Made by a program: the position numbers and the translations under genes. A stretch of 64,000 nt of DNA, taken from positions 48,439,776 to 48,503,775 of the forward strand of contig NC_083418.1 of the NCBI RefSeq assembly GCF_020745735.1, read 5' to 3'. The notes under the pieces were generated by a model, which was given only the letters and a program-made list of their open reading frames with translations, was not told the origin of the DNA and made no database searches. Position 1 is the stretch's first letter, and each line of letters begins with the position of its first letter. Shown in pieces: positions 51,766 through 63,723 of the stretch. The DNA comes from Hemiscyllium ocellatum. Lineage: Eukaryota.

Positions 51766-51876
51766 CAAAATGAGGATTGCAGAAGTTGGAAACCAAAGTT
51801 TAGATTAGAAAAGCACAGGTCAGGCAGCATCCGAGCAGGAAAATCGATATTTTGGGCAAAAGCCCTTCATCAGGAG
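51766..51876 (-). mobile_element. Single-arm pLTR/hammerhead mini-element (CpG-decayed)
   Basis: Minus strand CTGATGA-A-GGGC-TTTT-GCCC-AAAA-TATC..gatgctgcctgacctg. Confidence 0.75.
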
Positions 51877-52054
51877 TGGACAAGCTCACAAAAAAGTGGA
51901 GGGGTTTAGGAAAAAGAACAGAACTACAATTCAATGGTGTACCAGCCTACAAGTTCACTGTGATGATTTTTTGGCCTACACGACTTTGTTCTTCAATTTT
52001 GTTTCTGCAAGTTCATTTTATTTCTTTGCCAGAGGCATAGGGCAATTGGCACGC

Positions 52055-52495
52055 TAACTGAGTTATAAAGAAAGGCTGGACAAGCTGGGACTTCTTTTCC
52101 ACTGGAGTCTAGGAAGTTGAGAGTGACCCTATAGCAGCTTATAAAATCATAAGAGGTATAGATAGTGCTAATAATAGCTGTTCCTTCCCTAGGATGGAGG
52201 ATTTCAAGTGTGGGGATGGCATATTTCTAAGATGAGAAGGGAAAGATTTTTAAAAAGACACAAAGGGCAATTTTTTTTTTTACAGAGGCTAGTTCGCACG
52301 TTGAATGAATTTCCTGAGGCACTGGTCAATGCAAGCACAGATACAACATTTAGAAGACATTTGGATAACTACATGAATAGGAATGGTTTGGAGGGATGGG
52401 CCAGGAGCAGGCAGGTGAGGCTACTTTACTTTCGGATTATGTTCAGCATGAACTGGTTGGATCGATGGGTCTGTCTCTGTGCTGTATAACTCTAC
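52055..52495 (+). mobile_element. HER1/CR1 3' fragment
   Basis: Colinear with 61893-62381; tail gtgctgtataactcta. Confidence 0.85.
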
Positions 52496-53774
52496 AACAA
52501 TAGCTTGCAGCAATTATTGGGAGAATAGAACTGACTTTATTCAGGTATTTTTTACTGCAGAGAGACAAGTGATACCACCTGCCCTTTCAGCTGTCTGGGG
52601 GATTCTTACTGTATTGTTCGTACCTGCAAACTATTTAACTACCCAGCAATGAACAAGTTTTCATCAGGCAATGCTCTTTAGTACCTATAACTCGTCACAA
52701 TTGCCCAAACCAATCACCGCCTTGTTGCCAGCCAAATCTCAATCTGCATACACCACTGGTTCCAGACCATCTAAAAGATTTGCACCACTGCTTAAATAAA
52801 GCAGCAGTGTAAACGCCACTTACAATGAGTTGCAGCTAAAAAGTGCAGCAATTCTTCTCACAGTCAGTTGTTTTGAACCAGTCCTTTTTCCATTCCAGTC
52901 CACAAAAGTACAAGAAATAAAACTGTACAGTTTTTCATATGGAATATTCATTGCGCAGTGCCTTTTATTATTTCCATTGTGGCCAAGTGGACATGATGAC
53001 GGCTGTTGAAGGTTAAGCCGACTGACAAATGGAAAATTAGAATGGAATTAAAATGGAAGAAACCCAGACAACCCTTGACTGGCCAGGCCATCCACCCAAA
53101 GAGCTCCTCATTGCAATACCTGAGACCTTGCACATATTATTGGTTATGCAGCTTCAGGTATGAGAACTGTTCCCTAAACAGCCTTGGCTGATGTGGTCAT
53201 CTGATAGGAGGCCTTTTCTTTATCCTCCCTCTTCCAGCAACCTGTCACACTCTGTAGGGCTACTGTTAATTGTCCAAATCAATTAAATGAAATGGCCGAT
53301 ACTATACCAATATCTGGGAGCAACAGGTTTACCCCAAAGCCTCAGTGTCAGCAAAAACTCTTTAGCATCTACCAGGTCACTCTTTGCAGACTTTGGAAAC
53401 ATTGAACAACTACAGAAATCAGCAAACACTTGACAAATAAAAGCAAAAGAAGGAACAAAGAAGAAACTAAGCTACACACAGGCAATGAGCCCTTTAAATG
53501 ATGCTGGTGATTACATTAGTGCCTGAAAGCATTAAATACTTGGTTAAGTGCAGTAACCATTACTTACCATGATGTCATAACAACTTGGTTGGAAAGGAAG
53601 AGCTGGTAGGACACAGATCTGAGGCGAGTGTGCTCCTAACAGTCTCTTCATTAACGTACATCACATGCACATAATCTGTAAATAAGTTATGCAATAAACT
53701 GGTGGGGGACTTTCTTTCTGCTGAATGCATGTTCGGCTACACAATATGAAGAGGGAATATCAACTGGAGTGGTG

Positions 53775-54098
53775 ATTGTGGATAGAGTGAATAGCCAAGT
53801 TCTTTTTTCCACAGGGTAGGGAAGTCCAAAACTAGAGGGCATATGTTTAAGATGAGGGCGGAAGAATAAAGAAGGGACCTAAGGGTCAACCTTTTCATGC
53901 ATGTATGGAATGAACTGCCAGAGAAAGTGGTGGAGGTTGGTACAATTACAACATTTAAAAGGCATCTGCATGAATAGGAAAAGTTTACAGGGATATGGGC
54001 CAAATGCTGGCAAATGGAATTAGTTTAATTTAGGATATCTGGTCGGCATGGACAAGTTGGACTAAAGGGTCTGTTTCTGTACTATACAACTCTGACTG
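53775..54098 (+). mobile_element. HER1/CR1 3' fragment
   Basis: gggaagtccaaaactagagggcat..ggtcggcatggacaagttggactaaagggtctgtttc tail. Confidence 0.85.
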
Positions 54099-56984
54099 TG
54101 ACCTGTAGCTCCCAAAACCAGCGCTGTGCTGATTGGCACGATAATCTACCTGGACTTGACATTTCTGGCAGTCATTTGCTGCAGAGGCACTCATGTTTCC
54201 AACAAATACTGCCAACCTGACTCATCTCACAGACACCATTTTAGACACTGCATGGCACCCATAGCAATTAGCACTAACAATCCGATTTTCGTGGCACTAA
54301 ATTTTACCTGATTAATTTTACTAGACAGTCAGGTGCCATCCAGAATAAAAGCAGACAAGGTAGGACAATATTCTGGTACAGGGCAGGGTTGCTTGGTCAG
54401 AAGCCTTTACATCACGCAACAAAACAGAGTTCCATATGCCTTGTCTAGAGCGCAAGTAAATTGTACCAAACCCATGGTACTATGCAACTATGCAGCAAAT
54501 ACTCCCAGTAACCTGACTAAGATTTCTCCCTCAAAATCACTAAAAGGAAACTAACTGGCCACTCGATCACAATGCTGCAAGCAGAGTCTTGTAGTCTGCA
54601 AAATACTTCACAGATCTACATAACAATTAAATCACTTCATAGTAAATTCATATTGGTGAAGCATCTAGATGTTTCAGAGAAAAGTGACTAGATGCAGTAG
54701 AAGAGTCTTTCTCCCTCGCCCCAGTCAGAGAAATGCTCATTTGGAGAGCTAGTACAGACTAAATGTCCCCCACCCCCTCCAACTTTCTGCAGTGCATAAT
54801 AATTCTGCGACTCATTTGATCATTCAGGAAACATCTTTCTTAAAAATAAAGATTATTTCCTCACTTTTCCCTCCACCCCAGTTGTTGCCCCTTGCTGAAC
54901 TGCAGTATAGTATGGCAGATACTGTGACATCTTATCCCACCTTGTGATGTTATAGATTGACAAATACTTAAAAGTTTGTGTCTTTTCAAGAACAGAGAAT
55001 CTCACAGAAAATTTATGGTCACAGAACTAAAGCAATAAGATATCACAGCAGCCAGTACACTGTGCACTAAAACTGCATTTAACCAATTTTTACAACTTCT
55101 GTTTTCAGAACAAGCTCCCAGTTTGATTTGGACTTGATTGTAGAAATTACAGGTGCTTTTCAAAGACCGAGTGCCTGCTGTGTGGCCCATTCTGTCTCCA
55201 ATATGTGTAAGTCCCGTATGTAACGCTGGGATTTTATTTCTCAAAGAAATCTTGTACAGCATGGAACCTGCTCTGATGATATTTGAGGCTATGTTGGTAC
55301 TGAATTCTAATGTATCTTATTTGCATAAGCAGAAGTGATATTCCTTCCAAACAGACCTAAGGGAAGGCCGATATTCTGTTCGACAACTAAAGTAGGCTCT
55401 AATTTAACAACAGCATTAGTAGCAAGCTGTTGATTTTCTGATCAATCAGGAGTGGATGGGATGATGTTTGGAATTTGTCAATGAGAGGATTTTTAATTAA
55501 AAAGATCCCATGAGGGCCAAAATGATTGAACTAGGCCTTGTTTCTGAGACTGCAATACCCACAGGAATGGAGGGGGGTACCTGAGCAGGCAGTCCCTTCA
55601 TCCACCATTCCTAAACAATTGAAGCAGCATACCACAGACAGAGCTATGCTATTCTGTAAGCAACAGATCAGAACAAAATTCTATCAAGGCCAAGGTGAAA
55701 TGTATAAGATGTGAGGAGTGAGGACACTTGTAATCAAAATAGAGATAAAATGTCATGGTCTGACACTGTTGTAACTGAATGTTGAGTCCTAAAAGCTATT
55801 GAATACCAAAGTGAAAATTAAGGTCTGCTCCTACAGTTTGCTTTGAGCTTCATTGGAATATTGCAGCAAGTCTAGGACGGAAATGTTAACACACAAGCAA
55901 GATCATTTATTTAAATGTCATACAACTGGATGGATGGTCTCAAGGAACATCTTAAAGGAGGGAAGTGATGGCATGTAGGAGTACATTCTCAAGTTTAGGG
56001 CCGAGGCAGCTAATGGCATGGTTGCCAATGATGGAACCATTAAAGTCAGGAGTGCTTAAGAGATAGGATTTAGGGAATTTTAATGAATGCGGTGGTCACA
56101 AAAAAATGGACTACAGCTCTTCAGGGTGGCAGCACACTACTCCAACACCTCAAAGGCAACTCGGCAGGGGAATTAAATCCTGGATCAGCCAGCAATGACA
56201 CATCACAAATTAACTTTACATAAAAGGGCTGTCACGGATTGGGTATTCTGCAGCAAGTTGACTCATCTCGAATCTCCACAGGCGATCCATCACTTACAAG
56301 GCTGTGGCCTTGATGGAATAATTCACACTCGTGGACAAGTGTAGCTCCGACAACATTTGTGCAGTTCAATACAAAGCTATCAACTGCATCATTATCCCAT
56401 TTACCACCTAAAACTAAGGTTGTAAAGTTCAGCCAAATTCAATTATTTATAATGCACTAAAGCTTTAGTATATTTTCAGTGTTTGCATTAATAACTACTC
56501 CAAATGATTGAAAACTGCATCTTTGCCTTTCTGTTACTCTCTCCACCACCACTAAACCATCACTGCAGTGAGTACTGAACAACAGATTCACTGTAGCAAC
56601 CGTGTGGACTTGTTTGGCTCAAGGGCCTGTTTCCACACTGGAGGGAATCTAATTTCAAACTGTATCCCAGGACATTGAAAGTTAGGGAGAAAATTACAGG
56701 GCCCCTAGCAGACATATTTGCATCATCCATAACAATGGGTGAGGTGCTGGAGGACTGAAGGGTGGCTAATCCTGAGCCTTTATTTTACAAAGGCTGGAAG
56801 GAGAAGCCTGGGAACTATAGACCTGTGAGTCCGACATCAGTCGTGGGTAAGTTGTTGGAGGTGATTAACCCAAAGATAGGATTTACAAGCATTTGGAGAG
56901 TCAAGGAAATATCAGGGATAGTCAGCATGATTTTGTGCAAGAGAAATCATGTCTCACAAACTTGATTGAGTGTTTTGAGGAAAT

Positions 56985-57198
56985 CTTTGGGTAAAAAAAT
57001 GAGGTCTGCAGATGCTGGAGATCACAGTTGAAAATGTGTTGCTGGTTAAAGCACAGCAGGTCAGGCAGCATCCAAGGAATAGGAAATTCGACATTTCGGG
57101 CATAAGCCTGATGAAGGGCTTATGCCCGAAACGTCGAATTTCCTATTCCTTGGATGCTGCCTGACCTGCTGTGCTTTAACCAGCAACACATTTTCAAC
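56985..57198. mobile_element. Young palindromic pLTR/hammerhead mini-element with perfect 14-bp TSD, inserted in HER1 RT
   Basis: TSD tgttttgaggaaat at 56971-56984 and 57199-57212; 85-bp arms 57024-57108 and 57117-57201 with one mismatch. Confidence 0.93.
57108..57135 (+). ncRNA. Minimal hammerhead ribozyme core
   Basis: CTGATGA-A-GGGC-TTAT-GCCC-GAAA-CGTC. Confidence 0.75.
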
Positions 57199-58539
57199 TG
57201 TTTTGAGGAAATAACCAGCAAGATTCATGAGGGCAGGATTCTTTACTGGACTTCAGTAAAGCCTTGGACAAGGTTCCACACGGTAGACTAATTAGTAAAT
57301 TAGATCACGTGGGATTCAGGGTGAACTTGCCAATTAGATAAAAAAGTGGTTTTCCATTAGGACACGGAGGGTGATGGTGGAGGGTTGTTTTTCAGACTGG
57401 AACCCTGCAACAGGCGATGTTCCACAGGGATCGGTATGGGCCCACTTTTGGTTGTCATTTATATAATTGATTTGGATGAGAATGTAGGAGACATGGTTAA
57501 TAAGTTTGCAGATGACACAAAAATTGGTTGTATAGTAGACAGTGAAGAAGGCTATTGAAGATTCTAAGCAGATCTTAATCAACTGGGCTTAATAAGCTGA
57601 GGTGTAACAGATGGAGTTTAATTTGGATAAATGCGAAGCGTTGCATATTGCTAAAACAAGTGCAGGACTTATACAATTAATGATAGGGCCCTAGGTAGTG
57701 TTGTACAACAGAGAGACATAGGGGTTTAGATACATAATTATTTGAAATTTGTATCACAGGCCGACAGGGTGATTAAGAAGGCATTTAGCATGCATGCCTT
57801 CTTTGCTCAGTCCTACGAGGATAGGGGTTGGGGCATCATGTTGAGGTCATCGGTGAGGCTTCTTCTGGAGTACTGTCTGCAGCGCTTATCACCCTGTTAC
57901 AGGGAGGATATTAAACTGGAGAGGGCTCAGAAAAGATTTACCAGGTTATTGCTGGGAATGGAGCATTTGAATTCTAAGGGGAGGCTGGATGGTTTGGACT
58001 TTTTTCAATGGAATGTAGGAGGTTGAGGGATGACCTTACAAAAGTCTACAATATCATGAGGGTCATAGATAAGGTGCATACCAAAGGTCCTTTCCCAAAG
58101 GTGGGGGCACATCAAAACTAAGGGGCACATTTTTAAGGTGAGAGGAGTAAAATGTAGAAAAAGGATATGGGCAACTTTTTTTTTTAAAAAGAACAGAATA
58201 TTTAGTTGCAATGTTTAAAAAACATTTGGATAAGTATATGAACAACAAACATTTGGAGGGATATGGACCAAGCACTGGCAGGTGAGACTAGTTCAACCGA
58301 AGGGCCTGTTTCCGTGCTGTATGACTCGAAAACACCACAAGGAAAAATATGTTAGTTGAAATTTTTAGTTAAAACCTTAAAAAGAGAATAATAAAACCTT
58401 AACAAGAGAAAATAGCACCAAACTGAACAATTAGCACACAAAATTAGTTTATTACTACTTAGCTGCCAAGATGGTCTTCGAATTGAACTGCTTGAAAACA
58501 TAGAAGAGTGCAAGAAACCAATCTACAGACAGGTCAGCA

Positions 58540-59150
58540 GACACAGTAGTTGTCACTTTCAGAAACTATAGGCAAGCTTAACACTTGTTCTTAGGAAAAG
58601 GTTAGAAGCTTTTATTAAAGTCATGATTACAAAATACTTAAAAAAAAAATGAAGTAATCAGGCAGAGTCAACTAGGTTTTGTGAAAGTGAAGTATGTTTA
58701 AGCAGGTTAGTCGAGTTCTTGGAGGAAGAAACATGCAATGTTGATGAAGGGGAAATCAGCAAATGCTGCATGATTAGATTTCCAGAAGAACAAAGGTGCT
58801 ATATCAAATAACGTTGTGAAAAAAGCAAGAGTCCACAGAGTTGGAGAAAATCTAGACACAGATACTACATCATCTGTTTCAATTAGCTAGTCAAAGCAAA
58901 AATGTCTATTTCATTGGTTGGCAAGATATAATGAGTGGTGTATTATGGAGGTCAGTGCAACTACTCAACACTTCAAAACTTTGATAAAGGATATGGAAGA
59001 CTTAGAAAAGCAAGTTGTGAAGGAGACATAGGGAGGCTACAAAAAGATATTCAGTATTTCAAACGGTGGGCAAAGATTTAGCAAAGGGTGCATGTGAGAA
59101 AATATAAAATTGTCTCTTTTAGCTGTTATCTCAATAGTTAGCGATTGCAG
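58540..59150 (+). mobile_element. Decayed CR1 RT fragment
   Basis: Remnants of GNYRxxSLT, SQxGFVK and EFLEE motifs. Confidence 0.6.
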
Positions 59151-61892
59151 AGTTCTATCAGTAGTTGAACTCCCAGGAAAAGTGCCGAGCAAAGGCAAAG
59201 TATTTTCTCAAAGGAAAGCAAATTGTCTTCATGTGCAAAGTAATTCACCCTTAACACAAACTGAAATGATCCACACATGGAAGATGAGTTTAATTTAATG
59301 ATACATTGTTTCAATTCATGGACTTATGTTCAGGAACTGTAGAATTCCTAGCACTTCAAACTAAAATGCTTCTCAACTTGCATTTTAAAAAACTAAACAG
59401 TTATGAAAATGGAGTCATTTAATTACCTCATTCTTTAGTAATAAGATACTACACACGAACTACGCACAAGAAAAGTATTAACATTAATAGCTGTGCGTCT
59501 CACCAAGTAAAGTAAAAGAAGGAATATCTAAAATCTGCCACAGCAAAGCAAATTTTAAAATGGGTTGACATTTTGGAATATCCCCACATAGAAATTAAAA
59601 TAGTGTGACTGGCAAGAGCCATTAAAGCATGTGAGTGAAACAAGAGCTACACATAGGGAATGTGGAACACAGTTACTTGAAATTGTTTTGCAGGAAATCC
59701 TGATAATGTATGGAGTTAACATATCAGAAGTCACCACGTTAAACATAATAAATGACAGTGAATAAATCTTATTGTCATTTATTGCTTATAAATGAATGCC
59801 GAGTCAAACATTATTTCACAAAACCATTTATCATTTCACATCATACTGATTCTAACCAGCATTTCTGTGGAATGGTTGCACTGATCAAAGACCACCCCAA
59901 ATTTAGAACTAGAAAAATAACATAGTGGAACTACATTGATTGGGGGTTGATGGTTGGGGCAGAGGGTTTGCCTCAATGTTTGATACATATGGCAGTTTGT
60001 ATCAACTTAGTTGCACACATAACTTTTGTATATTCGCACTATCGTATTCACACAAATCCCCTCCCCACAGAACCTGTTAATATACACAGGGCCTGCACCA
60101 AGATGACCAGGTGGTCAGTTTATATGATTCAAGGATTTGTTAGAAACGGAAAAAAAAAACCCTCAAGCTTTTGCAGTGCATACTAATCCACTTCAACACT
60201 GCAGACAACCACTACATATGAAAGTAACCTCTAAAAATTTGGTTCATCATGCTTCATGAACAATCCAAACTTGTGATATCCACACTGCTCAGAGGAAGGC
60301 CAGAGGTGGCACAACTGCATAGATTTCCCCCCAGCACCAACAATGGCAACATGAACTGCCAGTTCAGTGGATGGCCATGCCAATCTCACATTGAATTCTT
60401 CAGTCATGAGATGATGTGCAGAATATGATGAAATCTCTTAGAACATGGAAAAACGAGAAGTGTATCACACACCAAGTTCACAATGCAGTCCACCGTTCCT
60501 ACTGGTATTTTCCCTTCGGTTCCGCTTACATTTGTGCTCACACGTTTTTCCTGTGCTTACACTCTCCTCCTTCATCTGACTTTACCTAAGAAATTTCCTA
60601 CATCTTTCTGAAGTTTACGATTCCCACAGTGCACACACCAGAATCTTAGTTCAGACAAGCATTCTCCCGAATGCTTTCCCACAAATCCAATCCCCACCAT
60701 TAAGTTTCTTTCATTCCGTAGTGGTACAGCTCCCATTTTCTGCTCTATCATACTCAATATTGTTCAATATACTTCTGCAATCTGATAACGAAATTTGACT
60801 GCACCAGTCAAGTGGGGAGAAAGGAACTGAGGAGAATGCAAACATGAATTGAGGAATGTTTCAGAGCTGATATCAGTAGAAGCACTTTTGGAAGCTAAGA
60901 ACGATTGAGCATTGAGCTTTCACCTCAATGGATGAAAATTATTGATCTTAACTTTTTTTTTGTCCTTTTCAACTTATTCTCTTCCCAGAATAGCTCCAGC
61001 AAGATATTTCACTTCAAGAAACATACTGGAGGTCAAATAAAATCCTTGCCATTCTCAATTCTTTTAATTATTGCCTTCAACAATATGCTCTGATTATCAT
61101 TGCACCAATTAATGGAAATGCATTGACCTCACAAAATTTATGAATTTTCAACTCTTCCATCCGATCTACTTCGGACATGCAAACAGTTGGGCTTACAACA
61201 GCAGTACTCGGATGGACTATGGGAACAACGATGGGGTATCGAACTAAAAGGAATAGCACTTTTAAAGAGGTGGCACAGGCCCAATGGATCAATTGTTCTC
61301 CTTCCATGCTGTTAGCTTTGACAAGTCCAATTCAACACAAGAAAAGAGTACACATCCCAGACAAACCTCAAACAATAAAGGCAAACTTGCTGATGAAACT
61401 TTTCATTATGTGCCAGCTGAACTAAGATTTTGCAGCATGACTCCTTGAAGTACATTTTGAATCCATTTAACTACATTTAACCATTGATTTCTGGTACTAT
61501 AAACCCATCTACAATAACAGAAAGGTAATAATCGCATATTGAATATGGACAACAGTTTGACATTCTCCCTCAAGAAAATGCACTGCTCATCTCCATTTGT
61601 ACATTAATCTCAAGAGATTTCCAAGATAGCAATATTTTTGGGGCCACGAAAAGGATCAGAGTTTAACAGAGTGAAATCAAGTTCAATTTTTAATGGCTGG
61701 AATTTTGAGGACTTTGGCCTGAGTCTTAAGGAATCATATTCTGCCCATCTGTTCACATGTAAACCAGTGCTTTTGCCAGAATATTGAGCAAGGCTGCTAT
61801 TTTTTTGACTTGTTCTTATACATAGGATTTTTATTTGGGGCTTTGGGGACATTGCCTGCACTTCATACATTTTTATGTAAAAATACCAATCA

Positions 61893-62381
61893 GAAAGGAT
61901 TTCCAAGGATATTGCCAGGTTTGGAGGGTTTGAGCTAGAGGTAGAGGCTGAATAGGTTAGGGTTGTATTCCTTGGACTGTCAGAGGTTATGGGGTGACCT
62001 TATAGAAGTTGATAAAATCATGAGGGGTATGGATAGGGTAAATAGTCAAGGTCTTTTTTTTGGGGTGGGGGAAGTCCAGAACTAGAGAGCATAGGTTTGG
62101 AGTGAGGGGCATAAAATTTAAAAGGAACCTAAGGGACAACTTTTTCATGCAGTGGGTGGTACGGGTATGGAATGAGCTGCTAGAGGAAGCGTTGGAAGTT
62201 GGTATAATTGCAGAATTTAAAAGGCATCTGGACGGGTATAAGAATAGGATGGGTTTAGAGGGATATGGACCAATTGCGAGCAAATGGGACTAGATTAGGT
62301 TAGGATATCTGGTCGACATGGACGAGTTGGATTAAAGGGTCTGTTTCTGTGCTGTACATCTCTATGAGCGTATGACTCTAA
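61893..62381 (+). mobile_element. HER1/CR1 3' fragment
   Basis: SRTREHRFGVRG..RVWNEL; tail gtgctgtacatctctatgagcgtatgactcta. Confidence 0.9.
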
Positions 62382-62686
62382 TCCTGCTGATCTACATGCA
62401 ATTACGATACAGACATTCCCAAAAAAAAGGAATAGTCTATAAAAGTTCCTTCATTTTGGAATACATCACAGGAAATTACACCATACAGAGCTATAAATAT
62501 TCCAAATGAGGATCTTAATTCTTTAATTGCAATACCTTTAAAGGGTCTAAATCAGTCATTAATTCAAGTGCTTCTGAATGAAGCAGTTCGCTCATTTTAT
62601 CACATCAGTAACTATTTTTATTTCTGTTATGGCTTGATGCTCAAGCAGTGTATGTAGGCTGCTAATAAGTAAATATGCATTCTGAC

Positions 62687-63166
62687 CTTTTGCTGCCTCC
62701 TTTGTGAGATTTCACCCAGTGTTCCACCTGCACCATGGAACTTTTCCGCTGGACATTTTTCGCTGTTTCCATTCCAGGCCCAAACTCCCTCCGATAAAGA
62801 TCAGCACCATTCTGGTCTATCAGAGCAGCACTAGTGGGAGGCTGAATTGTGCCATTACGTTGTGTGGATTGTGGATGAGACAAAGGACGACGCTGTGGAA
62901 ACATGTCACGTTCCATGGAACTTGTTTGCATCCTGTTCTTATTCACTCGTTGGGGCAGTATCTCCATTGGCTCTTTTTGAAAACCATATCTCTCTTCATC
63001 ATCCCAAACTTTCTTTATTTCGTCATATTTTTCAAACCCAAACTTTTCATCTTGGGGTCTCCCAGCGTTGTCTCTGCTCTGAAGCACTTCTGCCTTTGTT
63101 AAGCCCTTATAAGAGTTGATGTAGTTGTTCTGAGTAAGGCGAGGTCTTTCAGCTTTTTCTGGTTCT
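62687..63166 (-). CDS. PLEKHA7: PLEKHA7 coding exon (480 nt, phase 2-2), region just after the PH domain
   Basis: Acceptor tattacag| and donor AAAAG|gtcaga. Translates (R)EPEKAERPRLTQNNYINS...QRKSSMVQVEHWVKSHKGGSK, similar to recalled human PLEKHA7 QRKSNLAQVEHWARAQKGDSR. Confidence 0.9.
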
Positions 63167-63415
63167 CTGTAATAATATTGAAAACTTTTCGTAAAAAACT
63201 AAACAATGTAACTAAACAAACAAAACTGCCCCAGCAGTACCTGCAAATTGCTCTTCAGATGGTATTTTACAATATAGAATGAAGCTATTTGGCCCTTTGC
63301 TCTCTGAAGTTAAGTACCATTACCCAGTCCTTTTCCACTGCCTTTCACAATGTTTTCTTCTCTCAGATATTTATTAAATCACTCTTTAAGGCAACTATGG
63401 ATTCTATCTCCACTA

Positions 63416-63723
63416 GGGCAGCACGGTGGCACAGTGGTTAGCACTGCTGCCTCACAGCGCCAGGGACCTGGGTTCAATTCCCGCCTCAGGCGACTGACTG
63501 TGTGGAGTTTGCACGTTCTCCCCGTGTCTGCGTGGGTTTCCTCCGGGTGCTCCGGTTTCCTCCCACAGTCACAAAGATGTGCGGGTCAGGTGAATTGGCC
63601 ATGCTAAATTGCCTCTAGTGTTAGGTAAAGGGTATATGTAGGGGTATGGGTGGGTTGCGCTTCGGCGGATCGGTGTGGACTTGTTGGGCCGAAGGGCCTG
63701 TTTCCACACTAAGTAATCTAATC
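63416..63723 (+). mobile_element. HE1-type V-SINE, full length
   Basis: gggcagcacggtggcacagtggttagcactgctgcctcacagcgccagggacctgggttcaattcc, V-domain and tail; near-identical to 50878-51190. Confidence 0.95.

Larger units (their letters stand above)
56660..58328 (+). mobile_element. HER1/CR1 LINE RT region and tail, preceded by an HE1 tail fragment (~56603-56652)
   Basis: PGNYRPVSPTSVVGKLLE; SCLTNLIECFEEI; VPQGSV; NKFADDTKIG; tail gggcctgtttccgtgctgtatgactc. Confidence 0.9.

Noticed and set aside
1801-57212. Reading the palindromic elements as CRISPR arrays, bacterial terminators or DNA-transposon MITEs
   Set aside because: Vertebrate intron context, no repeat-spacer periodicity, variable arm ends, 13-14 bp TSDs and homology to a Penelope pLTR.
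60300-61480. Coding-looking stretch with several 60-80 aa ORFs
   Set aside because: No motif I can recognise; possibly old transposon debris, which needs BLASTx.
62704-63119. Plus-strand ORFs of 132 and 90 aa (likewise 45115-45345, 21787-22014, 24139-24453)
   Set aside because: Antisense shadows of real PLEKHA7 exons.
948-63166. Assignment to PLEKHA5 or PLEKHA6
   Set aside because: The motifs NLPSDYKYAQDR, RSISVPPSPS.IPPPGPP, MGYMTHTVSAPSLHGK and IRHTSVRGLKRQSDERKRDRE match PLEKHA7 as I recall it; reciprocal BLAST would confirm.
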